Made by a program: the position numbers and the translations under genes
Part shown: positions 11,782-24,614 of the stretch, one piece after another
Layout: each line of letters starts with the position of its first letter
Numbering within the stretch: position 1 is the stretch's first letter
Assembly (NCBI RefSeq): GCF_006345805.1
Contig: NC_042999.1
Coordinates: 151,714,001-151,778,000, forward strand
Direction: 5' to 3'
DNA length: 64,000 nucleotides
DNA from: Octopus sinensis
Taxonomy: Eukaryota
Notes under the pieces: model-generated
Database searches by the model: none
Told to the model about the DNA's origin: nothing
Seen by the model: the letters and a program-made list of their open reading frames with translations, nothing else

Positions 11782-12113
11782 ATCATCACTTAACATCCAT
11801 TTTCCATGCTGACATGTGTTGGACGGTTTGACAGGTACTGGCTAGGCAGAAAACTACCAGGCTTCATTGCTTCATTGTCTGTGTTGGCATGGTTTTTACA
11901 GCTGGATGCCCTTCCTAACATCAACCACTATATATATATATATATATGGCATTAGGAAGGGCATCCAGCTGTAGAAACACTGCCAGATCAGACTGGGCCT
12001 GGTGTAGCCTTCTGGCTGCCCAGACCCCAGTTGAACCGTCCAACCCATGCTAGCATGGAAAGCGGACGTTAAACGATGATGATAATGATGATGATGATGA
12101 TGATGATGATGAT
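11782..12113. mobile_element. Head-to-head pair of RTE 3' ends separated by (TA)n
   Basis: Minus copy 11782-11929, (TA)n 11929-11947, plus copy 11947-12113 ending in (GAT)n then (AT)n. Confidence 0.85.
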
Positions 12114-12534
12114 ATATATATATATATATTTATGTGCATATGTGTGTGTGTGTTATGTTGAGAATAGATGATGAGAATAGACTGGACTACTACATATATA
12201 AATAGTAGTGGTCTGATATAGTTGGTAGTTTGTAGTTTGGTCTTCGAAGTCTAGGTTACTGCCGCTCTTTCTATTTTGTAGTCTTATAACACTGTTACAG
12301 TGCATTCTTTACCTATAGTTGACAATATCAACTGTACTACAATATTGGAGGTATAAGGATGCAACAGTGTGTGTGTATATGGGGTAAGTCAAAAATTATA
12401 CATGCTCATGTTTCTGTTAAAAGTAGACCTCAGCAGAATTTGAACTCTGAACATAAAGACAGACGAAATACTGCTAAGCATTTCACCTGGCGTGCTAATG
12501 TTTCTGCTAGCTCACCACCTATAATAGGCATAAT

Positions 12535-12752
12535 ATTCTTTTCTACTCTAAGTACAAGGCCCAAAATTTTGGGGGAGGGGGCCAGTTGATTAAATTGACC
12601 CCAGTATGCAACTGGTACTTAATTTATCAACCCCCAAAAAATGAAAGGCAAAGTCAAACTCGGCCGAATTTGAACTCAGAATGTAGAGACAGACGAAACA
12701 CCACTAAGCATTTCGCCTGGCGTGCTAACATTTCTGCCAGCATACCGCCTTA
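12535..12752 (-). mobile_element. tRNA-head SINE, family B
   Basis: TTTTCTACTCTAAGTACAAGGCCCAAAATTTTGGGG...GAAAGGCAAAGTCAAACTCGGCCGAATTTGAACTCAGAA...TTCTGCCAGC. Confidence 0.85.
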
Positions 12753-13146
12753 GCTGAAATAAATATTGTGAAACATTCTGTCCAATGTAACATAGATAGC
12801 CAGAAGAAATGCCACTTAAGCCTTTTCTTCTAACATGCTAATGATTCTGCCAGCTTGCTACCTTGACCAGCCTGGTAATAATCTTACTATAATGGGCATT
12901 ATGTCTGTCTGTCTGTGTACTCTTCACAGTCAAACAGCTGAACTAATGGTCACAATGTTTTTCAGGATTACGAAGGAGGTAATCTGGAAAAAATGTGAAA
13001 AAGTATGATTGTTTAGTAGATATTGAGTTTCGTATTAATAAATCACCTTTGATTGTTTTCTGTTAAAATTCCGGTGATGAGGATTAAATCTGGATTTCTC
13101 CACCGTATAGTTCATGAATTTAGAGCGCTTATTTCTCATCATAGAT

Positions 13147-13318
13147 CGGCAGATTCCTAAAGATTCCACCCATGCATTCACAGTAAACAAGGCACAGGGC
13201 CAAATTTTAGATTGTGTTGGTGTATTTTTACATCACTATGAGTAGAACAACAGACTCCAGTAATTTGTAAATTAGTGTCGACCAAACAGAAAATATCATC
13301 AGCAAAAAAGTTTTGTAA
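13147..13318 (+). pseudogene. Relic of the C-terminus of a Helitron/PIF1-like SF1 helicase
   Basis: Translates RQIPKDSTHAFTVNKAQGQILDCVGVFL (compare the PIF1/Helitron motif RQFP.RLAFA.TINK(A/S)QGQTL..VG.YL); after stops and a frameshift, DQTENIISKKVL* (compare T.NIVY.EVL*). Confidence 0.65.
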
Positions 13319-14959
13319 TCATATATCAATATGAAAGGAATATGATTCATAATTTAAATATAAAAATGTTTGAACTTTGAATGTATAAGAATATAAACAA
13401 GTCTAAAATAGTGTAAACAACTAAAATAAAAGTATATCTAAATAACATTTTTTCTTAATACTTTTTATGTAGTGGTCAAAGGAAGCTCTGGCTTTAATTA
13501 GGAGTGGTCCACATAATCATTCATGATACAGAGGCTGGGAGCTTATTTCAGTTCAGGAGTGAATCGTCATCACATATCACTTATTCGCAAACACATGTCA
13601 TATAGCTGCAATAGAATGCTGTATCACCAACAATAATGTGATTTCTCTAAGACCATCACCCAGTAATCTATCAAGTCCATTTACACATTTCTCAATACAT
13701 ACTGCTGTTATGACTTCCCTCCCTCAATTTATGCCTCCATCGTAGATGGGTAGATTTTCAAGTAATAATAATCCTTTCTAGGCCTGAAATTTTGTGGGAG
13801 GGGACTAGTGAATTGCATCAACCCCAATCTGTCACTGGTACTTAATTTATCAGCTCCTAGAGAGGTTAAAAGACAAAGTTGACCTCAGCAGAATTTGAAC
13901 TCAAAACTTAAAATTGGATGAAATGCTACTAAGCGTTTTGCCTGTCATGCTAACAATTCTGCCAGCTTGCCATCTTGGCCACCCTGATTGTTTCTGATAT
14001 AAGCAGAAGGTTAGAAATCTAAGGGAAAGAGGTTAGTTGGTTACGTTTACCTCAGTGCTTGACTGGTACTTTATTTTATCAACCTTGAAAGGATGAACAA
14101 TGAAGTTGACCTAGGCAAGATTTGAACTCAAAATGTAAAGAGCCGGAAGCAATACTGCAAAGCATTTTTTCTGATGCTTTAACGATTCTGCCAGCAATAA
14201 TTATAATGATGAACTGAAGAAATAATATGAAGTTAAATTGATTAAAATCTTTCAATATTTCTAAAAAAAAAGAAAAAATGGGTGAGGTGAGTTGGGAAGG
14301 AAAGAAAGAAAGAAACAATGAAAAATTTATTAAAACATTTTTGTTTTTGATTATTAATTTTTTGTAATGATTTTTTTTTAAAAAATGAAGTAATAATTGA
14401 AATAAAAATCTTCAGTCCTTCAGATATTGAATAAAATTTTAATTCTAAGTTTAATTCTTCTCCTTCTCGTCTTCTACTTCTCATTTTTCTTTCCTTCTTC
14501 ATGTCATCTTCCACTATCCACCCCACCTCCTCCAACACTCACACTTCTCCTTTTTCTTGTCTGCTTATTTTCCTTCTCCTTCTCACTTTCTTTCTCTTTA
14601 GTTCCTCTCTCCCTTTTGATATATTTTCCTTTACCTTGTTCTTCATCCATCTCATTATTAAAAGAACGGTAGGGTGGTGGAGTGGTATTTTTTTCCAACT
14701 CTGTTTTTTCTGAGTTGAAATCCTCCCAAGGTCAGCTTTGTCTTTCGTCCATATCGGATTGATAAAATAAAATACCAGTGAAGTACTGGGGTCAATATAA
14801 TCAATTATTTCTCTCCCCAAAATTTCATCCCTAGAAACAATTATTAACCCTTTAGCATTCAGATTATTCTGTCAAATGTAATACTCTTTCATTCACATTG
14901 TTTTTAATTAACCATTCATTATCTCATAGCTTCGATATCTTGATGATGTGACTGTATAT

Positions 14960-15299
14960 CAGAGGTTCTCAAAAATTTTGGGCCACTGCCCCCTCTCATG
15001 GCCACGTAATACCCTCAGTGCCCCACCCCTATTTTTATGTATAAATAGATATTTTATATTTTACTAATTTATATATACTATGAGTCATTTCATATTTAAT
15101 ATAATATTATATAATTTGTATACAATACTATAATACTATAATAAATTCATACCATCCCCCAATCCACTGCCTTCCTCCTTATGCCTCCTTTTTCTCTACC
15201 CCCCCAGCACCACCCCTTAGGCACCAGTGACCACCTGGACCCTCTCAACACCCACCAGGTGTGGGGGTGGGGGCAGTAGCACCCACTTTTAGATCACTA
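14960..15299. mobile_element. Probable hAT-type MITE
   Basis: Left end CAGAGGTTCTCAAAA...GGGCCACTGCCCCC, right end CACCCACTTTTAGATCACTA (degenerate TIR), AT-rich interior; TSD not clean. Confidence 0.45.
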
Positions 15300-15599
15300 T
15301 TGTTCAACAGAGCTTCTAGTCCTGTTGGGTTAAAAAAAGAGACAATTTATACAGAGTGTGTGCCATGTCATTATTGTTGTTGTTATTAAGGCAGTGAACT
15401 GGCAGAACTTTTAGCTCACTGGACAAAATGCTTAGTTGTATTCTGAATTCAGATTCCACTGAGGTCAACTTTGCCGATAAATTAAGTACCAGTGAAACAC
15501 TGGGGTCGATGTAATCAACTAGTTCCCTCCCACCAGATTTCAGGCCTTGTGTCTATAGTAGAAAGGATTATTATTATTATTACTATTATTGCTATTATA

Positions 15600-16061
15600 A
15601 ATGCCGCACCATACAATATCGTGAGGTTGTCGATTGAGGATATTGTGTCTACCAGGGTTTGTGCTGTTTGTCAAGTCACAACAAGGACCTCAGACAGACA
15701 GTACTTTACGCAATATGCGTGCAGTTCCAAGTAATGCTGACTTTTGCAATACTCCTAGATTGTAGGGTATTTCTAAGGTTTCCAGATGTTTTTTCAGATT
15801 GTGTGGTATTGAACCCAATGCTTTGATGACAATAAGGATAACCTTTATGTTTGACTCTCGTAGCTGTCATATCTTAGCAATCTCAATTCTCAGGTCTCCA
15901 TATTTTTTTTCTTTTTCTTTCATGATGATATGCTGATCTCCTGGCACTGCTACGTTGATTATTAGGCACTCTTGTTTGTCCCTCCTAAAGGTTACTATAT
16001 CCGGCCTTCAGTGCTCTAACACTTTGTCTGTCTGGAAATCAAAGTCCCAGAGGAGTTTTGC
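15600..16061 (-). mobile_element. 3' end of an R4/Dong-type non-LTR retrotransposon (restriction-like endonuclease domain)
   Basis: 15690-16061 translates AKLLWDFDFQTDKVLEH*RPDIVTFRRDKQECLIINVAVPGDQHIIMKEKEKKYGDLRIEIAKI*QLRESNIKVILIVIKALGSIPHNLKKHLETLEIPYNLGVLQKSALLGTARILRKVLSV*, a PD..(D/E)..K RLE signature with 2 internal stops; short 3'UTR ends in (TAA)n. Confidence 0.85.
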
Positions 16062-16308
16062 CTTCCCTTTTTTGTCCATTAAGACAGTGAACTTGCTGAA
16101 TCATTAGCATGCTACATTCTGGATTCAAATTTCACTGAGGTCAACTTTGTTTTTCATCTCTTTGGAGTTGATAACATAAATACCAGTTGAGTACTGAGTC
16201 AATATAGTCAGCTAACCCTCTTCTCCAAAATTTCAGGCCTTGTGCCTTTAGTAGAAAGGATTATTATTGTTGTTGTTATCATCACCATTATTATTATTAT
16301 TATTATGT

Positions 16309-16686
16309 GGAAGTGCAGTAGCCAAGTGGTTAGGGCAGCAGACTCATGGTCGTGGGATCACGGCTTCAATTCCCAGACTGGGCATTGTGAGTGTTTATTA
16401 AGCAGAAACACCTAAAGCTCCACGAGGCTCCAGCCAGAGTGGGAGGCGAACCCTGTTATACTCTTTCATTACAACTTCTTCTCACTCTTTCTTCCTGTTT
16501 CTGTTGTACCTGTGTTTCAAAGGGCCAGCCTTGTCACACTCTGTGTCATGCTGAATCTCCCCGAGAACTACGTTAAGGGTACACGTGTCTATGGAGTGCT
16601 CAGCCACTTGCACGTTAATTTCATGAGGTAGCTGTTCCATTGATCGGATCAACTGGAACCCTCATCGTTGTAACCGACGGAGTGCC
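16309..16686 (+). mobile_element. tRNA-head SINE: 'D' head plus 'H' tail
   Basis: A-box-like TAGCCAAGTGGTTAGG, B-box-like GCTTCAATTCCC, body GAGTGTTTATTAAGCAGAAACACCTAAAGCTCCACGAGG, tail TTCAAAGGGCCAGCCTTGTCACAC...AACCGACGGAGTGCCA; sits in an (ATT)n tract. Confidence 0.8.
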
Positions 16687-16735
16687 ACGATTATTATTAT
16701 AATCATTAATTTCTTCAAACTAGACTCAAAGACTG

Positions 16736-16774
<39 letters not shown>

Positions 16775-17288
16775 TGTGTGGAGTGATATTGATTATATAT
16801 ACTACAATATATTTTTTGGTTCTTTTTTTTAATTGACTCTGGAGAGATTATAATTAAAGGCAGAATTTGAATTGAAACCATAATGGGGAAAAAATTGCTT
16901 TAAATCCGTTGAGTTTTGTTCCTCTCTGTTCCAAGTTAAAATTCCCCTAGGCTAACTTTACCTTTCAACAATCCATGGCCAGTCTTACACTAGAGTAGTC
17001 TATTCAGTTGACCATTACAAATTTGTGGCTTTGTGTCAATATTATAATTGTCAATCTATTGTTATGTTTTCTATTGAATTATTCTTTGTTATTGTTTCTT
17101 AAAAAATTGTTGGACTAGGTGGGATGGGTGAAGGATGGCTTTTAATTAAATATATTAAATTTCTCAAGGTGTAAAAATAAAAAGAAATTAAACAAAACAT
17201 ATATATAGATAAAGCATAAAACAAATATCGTTTGCTTTATTCAGGAAACTAAAATGCAATTTAATTTTAGAATAAGAACTGTGTTTTT

Positions 17289-17350
<62 letters not shown>

Positions 17351-17379
17351 GATGATGATGATGATGATGATGATGATGG

Positions 17380-17775
17380 TGGTGAGCTGGTAGAATTGTT
17401 AGCACGCTGGGCGAAATGCTTAGCGGTATTTTATCTGCCACAACATTCTGAGTTCAAATTCCAACCTAGGTCGACTTTGCCCATCTTCCTTTTGAGCTTG
17501 ATAAAATAAGTACCAGTTGAGTACTGGGGTCGATGTAATCGACTATACCCCTTCCTCCAAATTTCAGGCCTTGCGCCTATAGTAGAAAGGATTATTATTA
17601 TTATTATTAAGGTAGTGAGCTAGCAGAATCGTTAGCATGCTGGATGAATTGCTTAGCAGTATTTTGTTAGCCGCAGCATTCTGAGTTCAAATTCTGTCAA
17701 GGTCGAAGCAATGGGGTCAATGTAATCGACTTACCCACCTCCCCCAAAATTGCTCACCTTGTGCCAAAATTTAAA
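17380..17775 (+). mobile_element. Two tandem family B SINEs (second internally deleted)
   Basis: GGTGAGCTGGTAGAATTGTTAGCACG... at 17380 and GGTAGTGAGCTAGCAGAATCGTTAGC... at about 17610, separated by an (ATT)n tail. Confidence 0.8.
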
Positions 17776-17782
17776 ATCATTT

Positions 17783-18153
17783 TTACCTCTGCCTTAGTGA
17801 AGGTGGAGGTAGTGTTTCCAGCCGTGTTTGTATGTTTGTTTGCCTGTGGACAAAATATCTCAAGGACTGCTGGATGGATTCAGATGAAACTTTCAGGGAT
17901 GTTTGGCCTCGTGACTGGCACAAACTGATTAGATTTTGAAATTGATCTGATATCGGACAAGGATTCTGGATAATTTTTCCTATTTTTTAGTTTATTTTTT
18001 TGATAGTGGTCGGGTTCATTTTTAATATTCTCGTTTATGAGAGCAGTTGAGTTTATTTCAGATATTCTCATTTTAAAAATCATCTCCAGCTAATCATTGA
18101 GAGGACGTTGGTGTTGCCTTGGTGGAGGTTTGCGCTCTCTGAGTGCTCTTGTT
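17783..18153 (+). mobile_element. Non-autonomous Helentron-like element (DINE-1/HINE architecture)
   Basis: 5' TT plus hairpin ACCTCTGCCTT-AGTG-AAGGTGGAGGT (17785-17810), GTTT-type microsatellite, 3' sub-terminal inverted copy CCTTGGTGGAGGT (18117-18129), short palindrome GCGCTC-TCT-GAGTGC (18132-18146), T-rich end. Confidence 0.6.
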
Positions 18154-18589
18154 ATCATTATTATTTCTGACACAGATGTATAATGGGTATATAGTTGGGG
18201 TGGTGGTAGCAGCAGCTGCAGCAGCATTAGCAACAGAAATAGTAGTAGTAGTAGTAATGGTGTTTTTGAAGTGTGTGAAAGAAATACAACCAAATAATAG
18301 CAACAAAGACCAAAAGAATGAAAGAAATCAAAAAGAAACCAGCACGTATCAAAATATTTAGTAGACTGTTCCCTTTTATTCATTGTTTCTCTGCCAAATT
18401 TATTATTCTCTCATCTTCCCCACTTTTTTGAACACAGATTTTTCCCACACACATACTGCCCACTTTTATCCTCCCTGTTGTCATGGTGAGCCCTGATTTC
18501 CAGGATATTCTACAGGTTTTCCGGTATTCCTACATCCTTGGATGAATGAATTAATATGATAATATTGTGGATGGAATGGGCGATGAGGT

Positions 18590-18606
18590 GGGTTGTGTTG
18601 TTGTTG

Positions 18607-18638
<32 letters not shown>

Positions 18639-18900
18639 GGTGGTGGTGGTACTAGCGGTGGGGGTGATGATGATGATGGTGGTGGTGGTGGTGGTGGTGG
18701 TGGTAGTGATGGTGGTGGTGGTGATGGTGTTGGTGATGGTAGTGATGGTGGTGGCAGTGGTGTGCTGATGCTGGTAATGGTGGTGATGGTGGTGGTGATG
18801 GTGATGGTGGTGGTGATGGTACTGGTGGCTGTGGTAGTTGTAGTGGCAGTTGTCATCATGGTTGTGCTGGCAGTCAGTGGTGGCAGCGCCAATGGTAATA
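18590..18900. repeat. (GTT)n/(GGT)n/(GAT)n compound trinucleotide tract
   Basis: Direct reading. Confidence 0.9.
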
Positions 18901-19399
18901 ATGTTGTTAATGGTTCTCCTGTGCTTCAATGTCTGAGTTCGAACACATCTAATAAAAATATAATACTGTGTTAGATGTGTAGCTTAGCCGGATGAATGGA
19001 TGGACGGATAGATGGATGGATGGAGGGAAGGAAAGATGAATGGATGAAGAGATTGACTGGCTGACAGACAGACATGCAGAAATAACAGGCTGAGCAAAGA
19101 AGTGAGTCAGAATTCCTTGGATTATTGGACTTTGGTAATGATGCTGACCTAGAGTGGAGTGTTATGTATATAGGGTGATAGCTGGCAAAGAGACAGACCA
19201 ATCAACCAACCGGGATTGATTGGTTCAAGGGATGGGGGCTGGGGGTGGCGGGGTGGGAGGTGGGATCATGTCTGATATCCATCCGGCTCCACCATCCTAG
19301 TTCTTCTGGTGCCTTTGTTATTTGCTTCTGTCTAATATTAACCATTTTACTACCACCACTTTACCTTCACCAGTACCCACACCACACCACATTACCCCC

Positions 19400-19775
19400 C
19401 CCCCCCACACACACTACCACCACCACCACCACCACCACTTCCACCACCACCACCACCACTTCCACCACCACCACCACCACCACCGCCACTGCCTTCACCA
19501 CCACTGCCACTGCCACCTTCACTACCACCGGCACCACTGCCACCACCACCACCACCACCTCCACCACCACCTTCACTGCCACTACCATTACAGCCACCAT
19601 CACTACCACCACCACCACCACCACCACCGCCACTGCCTTCACCACCACTGCCACTACCATTACAGCCACCACCACCGCCGCCGCCTTCACCACCACTGCC
19701 ACTACCATAACAGCCACCAGCACCATACTACTACAGCCATTATCACTACTACTACTACCACCACCACCACCATGC
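19400..19775. repeat. (CAC)n-based minisatellite with higher-order units
   Basis: Recurrent unit ACCACCGCCACTGCCTTCACCACCACTGCCACTACCATTACAGCC. Confidence 0.85.
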
Positions 19776-20145
19776 AAAGTGCATCTCCTCAGTCATGCAT
19801 ACATGTAAGCACACATACCCCCACAGAAGCAACAAGCAGGAGTTGGGCACGCTCGCTTCCCCCATACTTTTGAAATGTTCTCATACTGATGCATTCCTCT
19901 GTCGTCTCCGATACATATACATAAACAACCAGTTGCAGCACACCAGTTGAAAACATATTGCATGCATGTGCATGCTGCACATTTACACACATGTAAATGC
20001 ATGATGGCATACAAGCAACAGTAGACATATACAGAGATGCGCTACCTTAAAATTTTCTCATAACAATTCATTCGCATCCTATCCGCATTTTATCTCAGTT
20101 GTGTATACATACATTAAGGGGTTTATGTATATAAACATTAATTGT

Positions 20146-20191
<46 letters not shown>

Positions 20192-20719
20192 ATGCATGCA
20201 TGCTTGTAAATATATATATATTATGACAACAAATGCACATGTGCAAGGATATAATAAAAATAGCTATACTGGGGTAAAGGCTTTCTTGTAAAAACAATAT
20301 AAATTCTCATATGAATATAAAATGTGCATCTTCTAAGATCCTTGTTGTTTTTGTATGTTGTTATTTAACCCTTGATTGAGTACACTTATGATCAAAGACA
20401 TTCCGGCCATGACCATACCGTCATTTTTATATTTATATACATTGTCCAATGTGTCTGTTGTTTTTTAAAGATTGTAATATGTGTCCTTTTGGCTTTGGGA
20501 GAGATTTGGCTGCTATGTTTAGCAAGTGGAATGTCCTCGTAGGCTTTTCTTATGCTTGTGTGTTTCTCTGTATGTGTACATAGCTGTGTTGAAGTGTGTA
20601 TGTGTTGCCACATGAATATATAACCAACACATGTCTTTAAGAAATGGAACTGTGTCTGTATCTATACATATGTGTGTATGTGTGTATATTCATAGCTGTA
20701 TGAGTGTGTGTGTACATAT

Positions 20720-20736
20720 GTATACCTATAATGTAC

Positions 20737-20799
<63 letters not shown>

Positions 20800-21013
20800 C
20801 GTACATATACATACATAAACATATATTGGTATCATGATGAAGATATATACATATAAGCATTTATATATATACACGCACACATATGTATATGTGTGTATAT
20901 AATACACACATATATATACACACACATATATGTATATATATATATGTGTATGGTGTATATATATATATATACATATATACACACATATATATGTATATAT
21001 ATGTATGTGTATG

Positions 21014-21072
<59 letters not shown>

Positions 21073-21160
21073 CATATATATGTAGGTATCTGTATATATA
21101 CAAATATACACACACATACACACACACAATTCAAACACATCATACACACACACACACACT
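20720..21160. repeat. (TA)n/(CA)n compound microsatellite
   Basis: Direct reading. Confidence 0.9.
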
Positions 21161-21339
21161 ACACAAATTATTCATGCTAACTGCTAGTAAAAACTGGAAA
21201 TGTTCCCTTAGAAAAAGACAGTTCCTTTTACCAGCTGCTTCCACTAACATCACAAGAGAAATCAATAACTAACTGCCATGTAACATCCCTCTTTCCCTTT
21301 TACTAACTATTATTTCAGTTAGACCTCTTCTCCACCCCA

Positions 21340-22192
21340 CTCTCTCTCTCTCTCTTTCTTTATCTCTCTCTTTCTCTCTGTTTCTTTCTTTCTCTCTTTT
21401 TTTCTATTTTCGCTTTCACTTTCTCTTTCTTTAACTCTGTTTCTGTTCTTAGTCTTCTTCTGTCACTTTTGCACATTTAGAGTCATACACACACACACAC
21501 ACACACATTCTTACATACATGCATGCACCCTGAAACTCTCTCTCTCTCTCCCTGTCTCTGCCTATTTGTCTCTCTCTCTCTCTTCCCTACTCCCTCTCAT
21601 CTCCCCCTTTCTTCTCTGTTTATGCTTCTCTTACTCTCTGTTTACCTCTCCAAGGTTTTTCACAACCTCTTTTTGCATCTTTTGCTCAAAACCACACACT
21701 CACACACAACATACACATACACACACATACACACATACACACACACATACACACACACACATACACACACACACTTCCCTCCTTTAATTTCATATTTCCC
21801 TTCTACCGCCAAGTCTTTCTCACTCCCTTCAACTCCTTCACACACACACATACACAATCTTCTGACCTTAACCTTTTTTATTGCCGCCCCCACCTCCTCT
21901 CTCCCACTCTCTCTCTCTCACTCTCTCTCTCTCTTTTGCTCTCTCTAATTTTCTTTCCCTGCTTCTTTCATGTTATTTAGCACACTCCATCTCTTTCTTC
22001 TCTATCTGTCTGTCTGTGTCTCTGCCTGCCTGTCTGTCTATCGGTTTAATTCTCTGCTTTTATAGACTTACTTTCATTTCATTTCAATCACCTTTTTTGT
22101 TACTTTCTCTTTATATCCCTTATTTATCTCTAAATCTGTTACATTTACCCTCACTCCCATATTTTATCCCAGTTCTTGTCATCTCTCTCTCT

Positions 22193-22241
<49 letters not shown>

Positions 22242-22250
22242 AGTCAGAAC
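21340..22250. repeat. Long CT-rich polypyrimidine/(CA)n low-complexity tract
   Basis: Direct reading; strong strand asymmetry. Confidence 0.85.
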
Positions 22251-22471
22251 CCATTATTATACCTTCTTTCACATTGGTGTAAGGTTATCAACCTAAGTAT
22301 AACCAGTGTGTCTATTTGTGTATTTGTAAATGTACATGAATATATTTGTGTATAAGCTTGTCTCTGTATATGTATACTAAAACACATGTTTATTACATAA
22401 CAACACGCTCTTTACAGCCTTACTGGATAATTTGAAACGTTAGATGTACGTATGTATGTGTACATAAATAT

Positions 22472-22830
22472 ATCATCATCATCATCATCCTCATCATTGT
22501 CATCATTTAATGGCCATTGTCCTTGCTAGAATGGGTTGAATGGTTTGACTGGGCTGGCATGCTGGAAGGTTGCACCAGACTCCAGTCTGATTTGGTATGG
22601 TTATCTATGGCTGGATGCCCTTCCTAACACCAACCACTCTGAGAGTGTAATGGGTGCTTTTATGTGCCACCAGTACAGGTGCCATTTGCATGACACCAGG
22701 GTGCATTTATATGCTACCAGCACAGGTGCCAATTTGCATGACACCAGTGATTTTGCTCAGCTTGATGGGTCTTCTTCTCAAGCACGACATAATACCAAAG
22801 GTCTTGGTCATTGCCTCCTTGAGGCACAAC
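22472..22830 (-). mobile_element. Older RTE 3' end extending into the ORF C-terminus
   Basis: (CAT)n tail and CTGGATGCCCTTCCTAACACCAACCACTC; minus strand reads ...DQDLWYYVVLEKKTHQAE, resembling the LINE C-terminus DRDLWKCAVREKTRQDK. Confidence 0.65.
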
Positions 22831-23363
22831 ACTCAAAAGGAACTCAGCCACTTTGCTTCCATCAAGCCCAACACTTGAGAGGAACTCAGCCACAAACACA
22901 CATGAAGGCTTGTGGTAGTGAGGGTAATCAGCTCATGACCACAAGGTCCTATGTTCAATTCCTGGTGGCACCTTGTGTCCTTAAACAAAACACTTCATTT
23001 CATGTTGCTCCAGTCCCCTCAACTGGCACAAATGAATAGTACCTGTTATTCAAAGGGTCAGCCTTGTCACATTCTGTGTAATGCTAAATCTACCTGAGAA
23101 CTACATTAAGGGTGTGAATGTTGGTTGGCCAGTGGATTAACTCAGCATTGTCCGGATGATTGGACTGCCTTTGGAAGCTGATATGTGGTCAGCATGGAAT
23201 GACTTATAAGTCCCTTATAGGTCTTAGGGTCAATATGGGACATCATCAGCAATGATTGGGTCAAACTTGAGATGTTTCTCAGAGTGAAGTGAGTGTAGAA
23301 AGTGATCTTACTCAGACACAAGTCGACTTCGACCATGTATGTATGTATGTATGTATGTATGTA

Positions 23364-23406
<43 letters not shown>

Positions 23407-23937
23407 ACGTATGTACGTACATACGTACGTATGTATGTCATTATTCAGTTTTATTTCAAGATTTCTTGCCAATAGACAAATAACCGGTTTCCAACCAAGA
23501 TCCAAGGCTCCTAATTTGGAATTTCAACATCATCAGCTGGGCATTTTTGTTGGTATGTATGTATATATGCAGAGTTGCATGTTTTGTTTTATGAATGCAT
23601 GTATTTATTTCTCTGTGCATGTGTGTGTGTGCATCAATCATTTTTACACCTGTTTTTCATGCTGGTATGGGTTAGATGAATATATTATAGAAGTATTGTT
23701 TTACTGCTGGATGCCCTTCCCATTGCTAATCCTTACTGTCTTTTTTTTTTCTTGCAGGTAAGAGATATATTATTTCACAAGTTTTTGAAGCCACCAGGTA
23801 ACAAGATGCAAAGCCAGAAGACAACCAACAGATAAGCAGCGTCACTACCCATAACTGAGTGAATGAACATACAGCTGCATGCACACACATTCATATGTGT
23901 ACACACACACATGTATCTCTTTCTCTCAATGTCTCTG

Positions 23938-23969
<32 letters not shown>

Positions 23970-24579
23970 TCTCTATGCTACTATGTTAAACTGTCATATA
24001 TCCAAATTTGGCCAAATGCATTTTTTTCAATCTTTATTTTTGCTTGCAATAGCCAGTTCTTTTGGTCAAATTATCGTATCTCCATCTGCTTCAGATGGCA
24101 AGATTGCAAAAATTGTCAAAGTGTAGTATAACAGTTTTGCTATGGAATGGTGAAACTATCTTTCCGTTTTCTGAAACTATTTTTCTGTTTTGGACTTACA
24201 ATGCTTTTGCATAATAGCAACGATATATATATATATATATAACCCATGCTAGCATGGAAAGTGGATATTAAACAGTGATGATGATATATATATATATACA
24301 CACACACAGAAGTGCACACATATATATATATGGACCAGTCTATCAGGTGTTGTTATACATCGAAGGGTAACAATGCACTTTGCATCATTTTAGCTTTTGG
24401 ATAATGCTACCCTGCAAGTAAGCAGGCCAACATTCCTCTTGATCAGAGAGCTATTCCATCACAGTGTTACTTATTTACAGCTGGATAAACTGGAGCAGTG
24501 TCAAATGAGGTGCTTTGTTCAAAAGCACAATGTGCCACCCGGTCTCGTTACAAAACCTTAAACCACTAAACCATTCACC

Positions 24580-24614
<35 letters not shown>

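Noticed and set aside
14844-14955. TTAA-CCCT start suggesting a piggyBac end
   Set aside because: Only one end is visible (the following sequence is a hAT-like MITE); no matching TIR found.
23740-23765. AG|GT recursive-splice-like motif (tttttttttcttgcag|gtaaga); similar one on the minus strand at 49511-49519
   Set aside because: Both lie inside degenerate repeats (an RTE-type tail variant and a probable DNA-transposon relic at about 49420-49682), so they are likely incidental.
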